Below are positions 1 through 7,319 of a stretch of DNA of 64,000 nucleotides, one piece after another. The stretch lies in NCBI GenBank assembly GCA_036393575.1, contig DASWGT010000086.1:3141-67140 (forward strand). The letters run 5' to 3'. Position 1 is the first letter of the stretch. Each line of letters begins with the position of its first letter. Made by a program: the position numbers and the translations under genes. The notes under the pieces are model-generated. The model saw only the letters and a program-made list of their open reading frames with translations, was not told the DNA's origin and did not search any database. The stretch is from Rhodospirillales bacterium. Its GTDB lineage: Bacteria; Pseudomonadota; Alphaproteobacteria; Rhodospirillales; Casp-alpha2.

Positions 1-2
1 AA

Positions 3-200
3 GCCTCGGGCCGCCGCATCGATGCGGCGCGTGTCGCCTGGTGGGAGACGATGGCGCACGTTCGCTGGGCGGTGATCGGTTGCCAGCAGGCCGAGCGTTA
101 CACGGTGGGCGGCGAGCAATCGCTGGAGCTCGCACTCACCGCCCACGTGGTGCCGGAGCTGGAATTAGAAGTGCTGCGCCTCACCGCGGAGGCGGCGTGA
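3..200 (+). CDS. phosphotransferase (APH/choline-kinase-like) family protein, C-terminal fragment; 5' end lies outside the window
   Basis: The frame is open from the window edge to TGA 198-200. The translation is ...RVAWWETMAHVRWAVIGCQQAERYTVGGEQSLELALTAHVVPELELEVLRLTAEAA. The W-x-E..A..R-x-AVI..Q pattern resembles the C-terminal helix of ACAD-associated APH-like kinases. This assignment is by recollection only. Confidence 0.4.
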   Translation, partial: ASGRRIDAARVAWWETMAHVRWAVIGCQQAERYTVGGEQSLELALTAHVVPELELEVLRLTAEAA

Positions 201-574
201 TGCGCGACCGCCCGCAAGGCCAGGAGCTCAAAGACCTCGCCCGGCGCGCGCGCCGCGGCGATCCCGCACTATTGCTGCCCGACGACGCCCGCTATCGCGA
301 CGCTATGGTGAAGCGCGCCGAGACCATCGCCACCCGTCAAGGAGAGACCGGCGACGGGCCGGAGCGGCGCGAACGCGACGCACTTGCGCGCTTACTCGGC
401 GAGGACGGCGACCTCGCCGCCCTCAATCGCGCGTTGGCCGACGCCGTCCGCGTCGGCTGCTTCGACCCCGGCGCACCCGCGGCGGCGGCCTGTTACGGGC
501 ACTTGTGGGAGACGGCGCTGGAACGGGTGCGCGAAAGCAACCCGAAGGTGCTCATCGCCCTGGGGCTGGAATAG
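200..574 (+). CDS. hypothetical protein, possibly a DUF6285-type partner of the upstream kinase-like gene
   Basis: ATG 200 overlaps the upstream stop (TGATG). The product is a 124-aa soluble Arg/Asp/Ala-rich protein. The longer 41..574 ORF would run across the upstream gene in another frame. Confidence 0.5.
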   Translation: MRDRPQGQELKDLARRARRGDPALLLPDDARYRDAMVKRAETIATRQGETGDGPERRERDALARLLGEDGDLAALNRALADAVRVGCFDPGAPAAAACYGHLWETALERVRESNPKVLIALGLE

Positions 575-583
575 CCGCCGCTG

Positions 584-611
584 TTTGCCCGCCGCGGCGC
601 CCGTGTATAAT
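584..611 (+). promoter_or_regulatory. candidate sigma70-type promoter for the PrpD-family operon
   Basis: TTTGCC (584-589), then 16 nt, then TATAAT (606-611). It lies about 40 nt upstream of GTG 650 and is followed by AAGGAA. Pattern match only. Confidence 0.3.
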
Positions 612-649
612 CGGCACCGCCGGCCACCGGCGCAAAAAAGGAAACAAAC

Positions 650-2101
650 GTGACCGCCGCCCCAGAGAGCACCGCCGCCCCAGAGAGCATCGCCAAAACC
701 ATCGCCGGGGAACTCGCCCGCCGCATCGTTGCCATGCGCTACGGCGACCTGCCGGAACAGGCGATCCGTTGGGCCAAGATCGGCATCCTCGACACCGTCG
801 GGGTGACGCTCGCCGGCTCGGTCGAGGATTGCGTTCGCATCGTCGCCGGCGTCGAAGGCATCGGCGCCGCCGCCGGGCCGTCGCTGGTGTTCGGCACGAA
901 CCGGCGGGTGCCGGCGCTGGACGCGGCGCTGATCAACGGCACCGCCTCGCACGCCCTCGACTTTGACGACGTGGCCGAGAGCGTCGGCGGCCACCCGTCG
1001 GTGCCGCTGGTATCGGCGATCATGGCGCTCGGTGAACAGGTGGACGCCGGCGGCAAGGACATCATCCTCGCCTACGTGGTTGGCTTCGAGACCGAATCGC
1101 GCATCGCGCGGGCCGTCCATCCCTATCACTACGACCGCGGCTGGCATCCGACCACCACCATCGGCGTCTTCGGCACCGTCGCTGCGGCGGCGCGGATTTT
1201 GAAACTCACCGAGGCCGAGACGGCAATGGCGCTCAACTTGGCGACGTCGCTGGCGGCCGGCGTCAAGGCCAACTTCGGCACCATGACCAAGCCGCTACAC
1301 GTCGGCCACTCGGCACGTAGCGGCGTGCTGGCGGCGCTACTGGCGAAAGGCGGCTTCACCGCCGGCAAGCGCGCCTTCGAGCATCCACAGGGTTACTTCA
1401 ACGTGTTCAACGGTGCTGGCAACTACGACGCGGCGAAGGTGTTCGAGCATTGGGCCGACCCGCTCGATATCGTCAAGCCCGGCTTCGGCCTGAAGCAGTA
1501 TCCGTGCTGTGGCAGCACGCACCCGGCCATCGACGCGGTGCTCAAGCTTAGGCGCGAAAAGAACATCAACGCCGACGACGTGGCGGCGATCGAGGTTCTC
1601 ACCAACCCGCGGCGCCTGCCGCACACCGACAAGCCCGAGCCGAGGAACGGCCTCGAGGGAAAGTTCTCCATCCAGTACGTGACCCTGCGCGCGCTCCTGG
1701 ACGGCCGCGTCGTGCTCGGCCACTTCGAGGACGTCGCCGTGCGCGACCCGCGCATCCGGAAACTCTTGCCGCTGGTGCGCGTCGGCGCGCATCCGGAGAT
1801 GCCAGCCGATTCGAAAGAGCAGTTCGCGGCCGAGGTCGTCGTCACCACACGGGAGGGGAAGAAGCTCTCGGCGCGGGTGCCGCATCGCATCTGCCGCGGC
1901 CTCGCCAACCCGATGAGCCCGGACGAGCTGTGGGCGAAGTTCGAGGACTGCGCGCTGCGCGTGCTGGCACCCCGCCAGGCGCGGCCGCTGTTCGAGATGC
2001 TTGAGCGGCTCGACGGCGTAGCGTCGATCCACGATCTCACCGACGCCATCGCGGTCCGGCACGATGCCTTCCCGAAGATGGAAAGGACGATAGTTGGCTG
2101 A
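650..2101 (+). CDS. MmgE/PrpD family protein (2-methylcitrate dehydratase-like)
   Basis: 483 aa with a GTG start after AAGGAA. The N-terminus follows the PrpD-family pattern: IAGELARRIVAMRYGDLPEQAIRWAKIGILDTVGVTLAGS, NGTASHALDFDD, and HPS...G in mid-protein. Length is typical for the family. Confidence 0.85.
   Translation: MTAAPESTAAPESIAKTIAGELARRIVAMRYGDLPEQAIRWAKIGILDTVGVTLAGSVEDCVRIVAGVEGIGAAAGPSLVFGTNRRVPALDAALINGTASHALDFDDVAESVGGHPSVPLVSAIMALGEQVDAGGKDIILAYVVGFETESRIARAVHPYHYDRGWHPTTTIGVFGTVAAAARILKLTEAETAMALNLATSLAAGVKANFGTMTKPLHVGHSARSGVLAALLAKGGFTAGKRAFEHPQGYFNVFNGAGNYDAAKVFEHWADPLDIVKPGFGLKQYPCCGSTHPAIDAVLKLRREKNINADDVAAIEVLTNPRRLPHTDKPEPRNGLEGKFSIQYVTLRALLDGRVVLGHFEDVAVRDPRIRKLLPLVRVGAHPEMPADSKEQFAAEVVVTTREGKKLSARVPHRICRGLANPMSPDELWAKFEDCALRVLAPRQARPLFEMLERLDGVASIHDLTDAIAVRHDAFPKMERTIVG
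653..688 (+). repeat. perfect tandem 18-bp duplication (ACCGCCGCCCCAGAGAGC x2) inside the PrpD-family N-terminus
   Basis: 653-670 and 671-688 are identical. They encode TAAPES-TAAPES immediately after the start codon. Confidence 0.95.
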
Positions 2102-3587
2102 CTACGATGTGATCGTGGTCGGCGCCGGTAACGCGGCGCTGGCCGCCAGCGTGTCGGCGCGCGAGAACGGCGCCGCCAAGGTGTTGGTGCTGGAGAAAGC
2201 GCCGAAGGGGATGCGCGGCGGCAACACGCACTGGAGCGGCGGCGTCTTCCGCTTTGTGTTCGACCGCGCGCGGGCGCTGGAGGACCTGTTGCCCGGCATA
2301 GAGGGTCAGTACCCGCGCTTTTACGAGGGCGTCACCCCCTACACCTACGACGACTTCATGGGCGACATCCTGCGCGTCACCGGCGGCCGCACCGACCGCG
2401 CGCTGGCCGAGATCCTGGTCGGCAACTCCGCCGACACCGTGCGCTGGGTGCACCGGACCGGCCGGGTGCCGATGGAGGCCGCGGTGTCGCTCGCCGGCGT
2501 CAAGAAGGACGGCGTTATACGCTTCCAGCGCGGCATGGTGGTGCGCGCCGAGCACGAGGGCGTCGGGCTGTCGACGTCGTGGTTCAAGACCGCCAAGGAG
2601 GAAGACATCGAGATCCATTACGGGGGCGCGGCGGTCGAGCTGATCCAGGACAACAAGGCCCGCGTCGCCGGCGTCAAGGTGCGCGGGCCCGACGGCATGG
2701 AGGAGATCGCCGCCAAGGCGGTCGTCCTCGGCGCCGGCGGCTTCGAGGCCAACGCCCAATGGCGGGCGCAATATCTGGGCGCGCCGTTGGACCAGGCCAA
2801 GGTCCGGGGCACGCCGCACAACCAGGGCGACGGGCTCCGGATGGCGTTGGCCATCGGGGCGATGCCGTGGGGCCAGTGGAGCGGCTGTCACTCGACGCCG
2901 ATCAGCGCCGACTGGGGCTATTTCGCGCCGCGCGAGTTGACCGACAAGAGCAACCGGCTGAGCTACGTATACGGCGTGATGATCAACCGACTCGGCAAGC
3001 GTTTCGTCGACGAAGGCTTCGATGTGCAGCTTTTGACCTATGCCAAGTACGGCCGCCTGATCCTCGCCCAGCCGGGCGGCACCGCTTACCAGATCTTCGA
3101 CCAGAGGACGGTCCACCTGCTCGAGCCCCGCTATTCCACCAGCAAGCCGATCGTCGCCGACACCCTGGAGGAGCTGGTCCGCCAGTTCGACATCGACGAC
3201 CGGCAACAGGCACTGAAGACGCTCGATGCCTACAACGCCGCCGCCCGCGGCGGTGACGGCTTCGATCCGTCGCGCAAGGACGGCCTTACAACCAAGGGTC
3301 TCGACATCGACAAGACCAACTGGGCGACCAGTCTTGACGATCCGCCGTTCCACGCCTACACGGTGACGGGCGGCATCACGTTCACCTTCGGCGGGCTGAA
3401 GATCGACGAGCGCGCGCAGGTGATCGGCACCGACTGGCGGCCGATCCCGGGACTTTATACCTGCGGCGAAATGGTCGGCGGCCTGTTCCACGACAACTAC
3501 GCTGCCGGCAGCGGGTTGATGTCCGGGGCCGTGTTCGGCCGCATCGCCGGCAGGAGCGCCGCCGAGGACGCGAGGAAACTGAAATGA
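2094..3587 (+). CDS. FAD-dependent oxidoreductase, tricarballylate dehydrogenase TcuA-like
   Basis: 497 aa with a TTG start 8 nt after AGGA; it overlaps the upstream gene by 8 nt. It has the Rossmann motif DVIVVGAGNAALAASVSARENGAKVLVLEK, GGNTHWSGG, and the C-terminal flavoprotein motif GLYTCGEMVGGLF. Confidence 0.75.
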   Translation: MADYDVIVVGAGNAALAASVSARENGAAKVLVLEKAPKGMRGGNTHWSGGVFRFVFDRARALEDLLPGIEGQYPRFYEGVTPYTYDDFMGDILRVTGGRTDRALAEILVGNSADTVRWVHRTGRVPMEAAVSLAGVKKDGVIRFQRGMVVRAEHEGVGLSTSWFKTAKEEDIEIHYGGAAVELIQDNKARVAGVKVRGPDGMEEIAAKAVVLGAGGFEANAQWRAQYLGAPLDQAKVRGTPHNQGDGLRMALAIGAMPWGQWSGCHSTPISADWGYFAPRELTDKSNRLSYVYGVMINRLGKRFVDEGFDVQLLTYAKYGRLILAQPGGTAYQIFDQRTVHLLEPRYSTSKPIVADTLEELVRQFDIDDRQQALKTLDAYNAAARGGDGFDPSRKDGLTTKGLDIDKTNWATSLDDPPFHAYTVTGGITFTFGGLKIDERAQVIGTDWRPIPGLYTCGEMVGGLFHDNYAAGSGLMSGAVFGRIAGRSAAEDARKLK

Positions 3588-4756
3588 GGCAGCGCAAGAT
3601 TCCCGCCGCCTTCATGCGCGGCGGCACGTCGAAGGCGATCGTCTTCAACCGCAAGGACCTGCCCGACGATCGCGCCGAGTGGGACGCCATCTTCCTTGCC
3701 GCCCTCGGCAGCCCCGACCCCAACCGCCGCCAGCTCGACGGCATGGGCAGCGGCATCTCGTCCTTGAGCAAGATCTGCGTCGTCGGCCCCTCCAGCCGCC
3801 CCGACGCCGACGTCGACTACACCTTCGCCCAGGTCGCGGTCGACAAGGGCATCGTCGGCTACGGCGCCAACTGCGGCAACATGTCGTCGGCGATCGGCCC
3901 GTTCGCGGTCGACGAGGGCATGGTCGCGGTCGACGGCCCGGAGGCGCTGGTCCGCATCTACAACACCAACACCAAGAAGCTGATCCATTCGCGCTTCCGC
4001 CTCGACGACGGCGCCGCGGCGGTGGAAGGCGACTTCGAGCTGCCGGGCGTCGGCGGCACCGGCGCGCCGGTGCGCCTCGAGTTCCACGATCCCGGCGGCG
4101 CCGGCACCGGCAAGCTGCTGCCGACCGGCAACGTCGTCGACGAGATCGAGGCGCCGGGAATGGGCCGCGTCGAGGCGTCGCTGGTCGACGCCGCCAACCC
4201 GTGCGTGTTCGTGCTGGCCGAGGCCGTGGGTCTCGACGGCACCGAGGCGCCGGCCGACATCGATGCCATGAAGGACGTGATGGTGAAGCTGGAATCGGTG
4301 CGGGCGCGGGCGGCGGTGCTGATGGGCATCGCCAAGACCGCCGACGAGGCGACCGAGAGGTCGCCGTCGGTGCCGTTCATCGGCATGGTGGCGCCGCCGC
4401 AGGACGCGGTCACGCTCGCCGGCGCCCATCTCTCCGCCGCCGACGGCGATCTCACCGCGCGTATGGTGTCGTCGGGCAACACCCACCGGGCGCTGCCGCT
4501 GACGGGCGCGCTGTGCACGGCCGTGGCGGCGCGCATCGTGGGCACGGTGGTGCACCGGATGACGCGGCCGGCCGAGGACGCCGAGGCCGATCTCCGCATC
4601 CTGCAGCCGTCCGGCGTGCTGCCGGTTGCCTGCACGGTGCGCCGGTCCAACGTCGACGGCGGCTGGGTGGCCGAGCAGGCGGCCGTCTACCGCACCCAGC
4701 GCCGGCTGTTCGAGGGCCGGGTGCTGGTGCCGGTGTCGCGGCTGAAGGCGTCGTGA
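3584..4756 (+). CDS. PrpF family protein (methylaconitate/aconitate isomerase-like)
   Basis: 390 aa with an ATGA overlap with the upstream gene. The N-terminus IPAAFMRGGTSKAIVF and the internal NCGNMSSAIGPFAVDEG are characteristic of PrpF/AcnD-accessory-type isomerases. Confidence 0.8.
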   Translation: MRQRKIPAAFMRGGTSKAIVFNRKDLPDDRAEWDAIFLAALGSPDPNRRQLDGMGSGISSLSKICVVGPSSRPDADVDYTFAQVAVDKGIVGYGANCGNMSSAIGPFAVDEGMVAVDGPEALVRIYNTNTKKLIHSRFRLDDGAAAVEGDFELPGVGGTGAPVRLEFHDPGGAGTGKLLPTGNVVDEIEAPGMGRVEASLVDAANPCVFVLAEAVGLDGTEAPADIDAMKDVMVKLESVRARAAVLMGIAKTADEATERSPSVPFIGMVAPPQDAVTLAGAHLSAADGDLTARMVSSGNTHRALPLTGALCTAVAARIVGTVVHRMTRPAEDAEADLRILQPSGVLPVACTVRRSNVDGGWVAEQAAVYRTQRRLFEGRVLVPVSRLKAS

Positions 4757-4781
4757 GCAAGGGCGCGATATTCTCGGTTCG

Positions 4782-6107
4782 ATGACATCGTCCGGAATTC
4801 ACCGAAGCACCGTTGCTTGCGCGCTGGGTCTGCTGCTCGTAGCGCGTGCGGCTGCCGCGACGCCACCCGACGCCCGCGCCGATTTGGGCGCGTTCATGGA
4901 TTTCGCCATCGCCCAGGCGTGCAAAACGCTGCCCGCCGACGAGACAGAGGCCGGGCAGGAACTGGCGCGGCGCTTCGGCAACGCCCGGCTGCTCGAGGCG
5001 CGTGTCCACGAATTCCGTCACGCCCCAGGCCGCGCCGAGTACGTCCTGCTGCTGGCCTCCGGCGACGAGGTCAGGGTGGAGCGCCTGTTCCCTCTTGGCC
5101 GGCTCAGGCGGGTGATGATCGAGTACCACCGCCAAATTGCCACCGACAGGACGCGGCCCGTGATATCGGCGGCGTTGAATGCCGAGTGCATGGTGCTTCG
5201 CGCTGCCCGTATCGACTACGACGCCGAAGGTCGCGCCGAGGCGCTGGCCGGCCTCGGCCCCGACCTGCGCCGGGAAATCTCGCGCCAGCCCCTGAATCCG
5301 CCGATCCCACCCGGCAAGGACCCGACCGGGGTGGCGGTCGCCGTGGTCGACACCGGAGTCAACTACCTACTTGAGTCCGTCGCGCAACGGCTGGCCCGCG
5401 ACGCCTCCGGCCGCGCGCTCGGGTTCGACTACTGGGACATGGACGACCGCCCGTTCGACGTCGACACCGCGCGCTCGCCGTTCTTCCCGCTGCATCATGG
5501 CACCGCCGTCGCCTCCATACTGATGCGCGAGGCGCCGGCGACGCGGATCATCCCCTACCGCTACCCCAGGCCCGACATGACGCGGATGGCGGATCTGGTC
5601 GCCGACGCCGATGGCCACGGCGCGGCGATCATCAACATGGCGATGGGCTCCAGCAAGCGCGCCGATTGGGACGCGTTGGCCGAGGCAGCGGCTAGGCGCC
5701 CGCACATGCTGTTCGTGATCTCGGCCGGCAACGACGGTCGCGACATCGACAAGGAACCGGTCTATCCGGCAGTACTCAAGTTGCCGAATTTTCTCGTCGT
5801 CACCTCGGCCGACGCTTTCGGCCGGCTGGCCGAGGGCTCCAACTGGGGCAGCGCCAGCGTCGACGTCATGGTGCCGGGCGAGCAGGTGCCGGTGTTCGAC
5901 CACCGCGGCGCCGAGGGGAAGGCGTCGGGGTCGAGCTTCGCGGTGCCCCGCGTTGCCGCGCTGGCGGCGCGGCTTATGGCCAAGAACCCGGCGTGGCGCG
6001 GGCCAGAACTCAAGCAGGCGATCATCGCCCGCGCCCGGCTATCCCGGTTCTACGACACGCAGCCGGTGCGCCACGGCTGGATTCCCGATCCTACCGACGA
6101 TTTCTGA
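4782..6107 (+). CDS. secreted S8 family (subtilisin-like) serine peptidase
   Basis: 441 aa with a signal-peptide-like N-terminus (ACALGLLLVARAAAA). The catalytic triad motifs appear in D-H-S order: VAVVDTGVNY, HGTAVASI, GSSFAVPRVAALAA. Confidence 0.85.
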   Translation: MTSSGIHRSTVACALGLLLVARAAAATPPDARADLGAFMDFAIAQACKTLPADETEAGQELARRFGNARLLEARVHEFRHAPGRAEYVLLLASGDEVRVERLFPLGRLRRVMIEYHRQIATDRTRPVISAALNAECMVLRAARIDYDAEGRAEALAGLGPDLRREISRQPLNPPIPPGKDPTGVAVAVVDTGVNYLLESVAQRLARDASGRALGFDYWDMDDRPFDVDTARSPFFPLHHGTAVASILMREAPATRIIPYRYPRPDMTRMADLVADADGHGAAIINMAMGSSKRADWDALAEAAARRPHMLFVISAGNDGRDIDKEPVYPAVLKLPNFLVVTSADAFGRLAEGSNWGSASVDVMVPGEQVPVFDHRGAEGKASGSSFAVPRVAALAARLMAKNPAWRGPELKQAIIARARLSRFYDTQPVRHGWIPDPTDDF

Positions 6108-6159
6108 CCGCTCCGACCGGGAAAATCACGGGCTAGTGGCGGTCGGAAAAATCCTTATA

Positions 6160-6492
6160 ATGGCGCAAAATACGAGGAGACGGTACGTGGCGGATTCGCA
6201 GCAGTTCACTGAAAAGCGAGAATACGAGCGTTACCACGTCAGCGTGGCGGCCGAGATGAACATGGGCGGCGAAGGCGTCGAATGCTCGACGATCGACATT
6301 TCGGCGGGCGGCGCCAAGGTCCGCTTCAAGACCGACCCATTCAAGAAGGTCGTTCTCTCGATCCCGCCGTTCGGAGATATCGAGGGCGAGATTGTCTGGA
6401 AGGACGAGGAATACGTCGGCATCAAGTTCCACGGCAACCACGATAGAATGGCCGAAATTGTCAAAACCATCGTCACGGGCAGCCGACGCTAG
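6160..6492 (+). CDS. stand-alone PilZ domain protein
   Basis: 110 aa from ATG 6160; the track ORF from 5953 would overlap the peptidase gene. It carries the PilZ motifs RxxxR (REYER) and DxSxxG (DISAGG). It is a paralogue of 50665-50970. Confidence 0.75.
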   Translation: MAQNTRRRYVADSQQFTEKREYERYHVSVAAEMNMGGEGVECSTIDISAGGAKVRFKTDPFKKVVLSIPPFGDIEGEIVWKDEEYVGIKFHGNHDRMAEIVKTIVTGSRR

Positions 6493-6549
6493 CGATGCCC
6501 CGGCGAACTCGGCTTCTGAACACCGATCCGCCGCCCGCCGTTGAATGAA

Positions 6550-7176
6550 ATGACCGCCAGACAGATCACCGACACCCCGATCGTCTTTATCGTCGACGAC
6601 AACGAGGATGTACGCGAGACCATCAAATCCCTGTTCGAATCGGTCGACCAGACGGTCGAGGCGTTCGCTTCCGCGCGCGCGTTTCTCGACGCCTACCCCG
6701 TCGGCCAGCCCGGCTGCCTGATCGCCGACGTGCGCATGCCCGAAATGAGCGGCCTCGAGTTGCACGAGGAATTGCGCCGCCGGGAGATTGACTTGCCGGT
6801 CATCATTATCACCGGCTTCGGCGACGTGGAAATGGCGGTTAACGCGATGAAGGCCGGCGCCGCCGACTTCATCGCCAAGCCCTACAAAGAGCAGGAGCTG
6901 CTCGATAGGGTGCAGAAAGCGATCGGCCGCAGTCTCGAGTCCCGCCAGGCGGTTGGCCGGGAGCAGGAAATCCGCGAGCGGCTGGCACGCCTGACGCCTC
7001 GCGAGCGCGAGGTTCTCGACTTGGTGGTCGCGGGTGAGCCCAACAAGCGGATCGCCCATCACCTGGCACTGAGCGAGAAGACCGTCGAGTTCCACCGCGC
7101 CAACATCATGAAGAAACTGGACGCCCGCTCGGTCGCCGATCTGGTAAAGAAAACTCTGGGTAGGCACGCCACCTAG
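6550..7176 (+). CDS. FixJ/NarL-type response regulator (REC + LuxR-type HTH)
   Basis: The receiver domain shows IVFIVDDNEDVRE, LIADVRMPEMSG and KPY. The C-terminal HTH is LTPREREVLDLVVAGEPNKRIAHHLALSEKTVEFHRANIMKKL. The start is either ATG 6550 or TTG 6541. Confidence 0.85.
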   Translation: MTARQITDTPIVFIVDDNEDVRETIKSLFESVDQTVEAFASARAFLDAYPVGQPGCLIADVRMPEMSGLELHEELRRREIDLPVIIITGFGDVEMAVNAMKAGAADFIAKPYKEQELLDRVQKAIGRSLESRQAVGREQEIRERLARLTPREREVLDLVVAGEPNKRIAHHLALSEKTVEFHRANIMKKLDARSVADLVKKTLGRHAT

Positions 7177-7193
7177 GGAATTCCCTAGGTGGC
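7168..7193. repeat. perfect 26-bp palindrome GCCACCTAGGGAATTCCCTAGGTGGC spanning the stop codon of the FixJ-type gene
   Basis: The sequence is its own reverse complement. TAG 7174-7176 lies in the left arm. No T-tract follows. Confidence 0.95.
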
Positions 7194-7319
7194 CAAGGAA
7201 AGCCCCAGTATCCGGTCGCCAGAGCCGATTCTAATCTGTTTCCGACAATTGCGCCGAAAACTCCCGCGCGACTTTTGCGGGGGGGTCGATTCCAGTCCGG
7301 TCCTAGATCAGAGGAGCCG

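Noticed and set aside
6113-6147. The inverted repeat TCCGACCG ... CGGTCGGA after the S8 peptidase gene as an intrinsic terminator.
   Set aside because: It is an 8-bp stem with a 19-nt loop, followed by an A-run rather than a T-run on the coding strand. That is too weak to call.
5953-6159. The N-terminal extension of the PilZ ORF, and analogous 5' extensions of glmS (16398), glmL (16952), the ligase beta subunit (24207), the flavoprotein (34815), tctC (50294), citrate synthase (63005) and the receiver gene (45381).
   Set aside because: The extensions overlap the 3' ends of well-supported upstream genes or intergenic leaders and are compositionally Arg/Pro/Gly-rich. Internal starts with SD sequences or ATGA-type coupling give proteins of the family-typical length.
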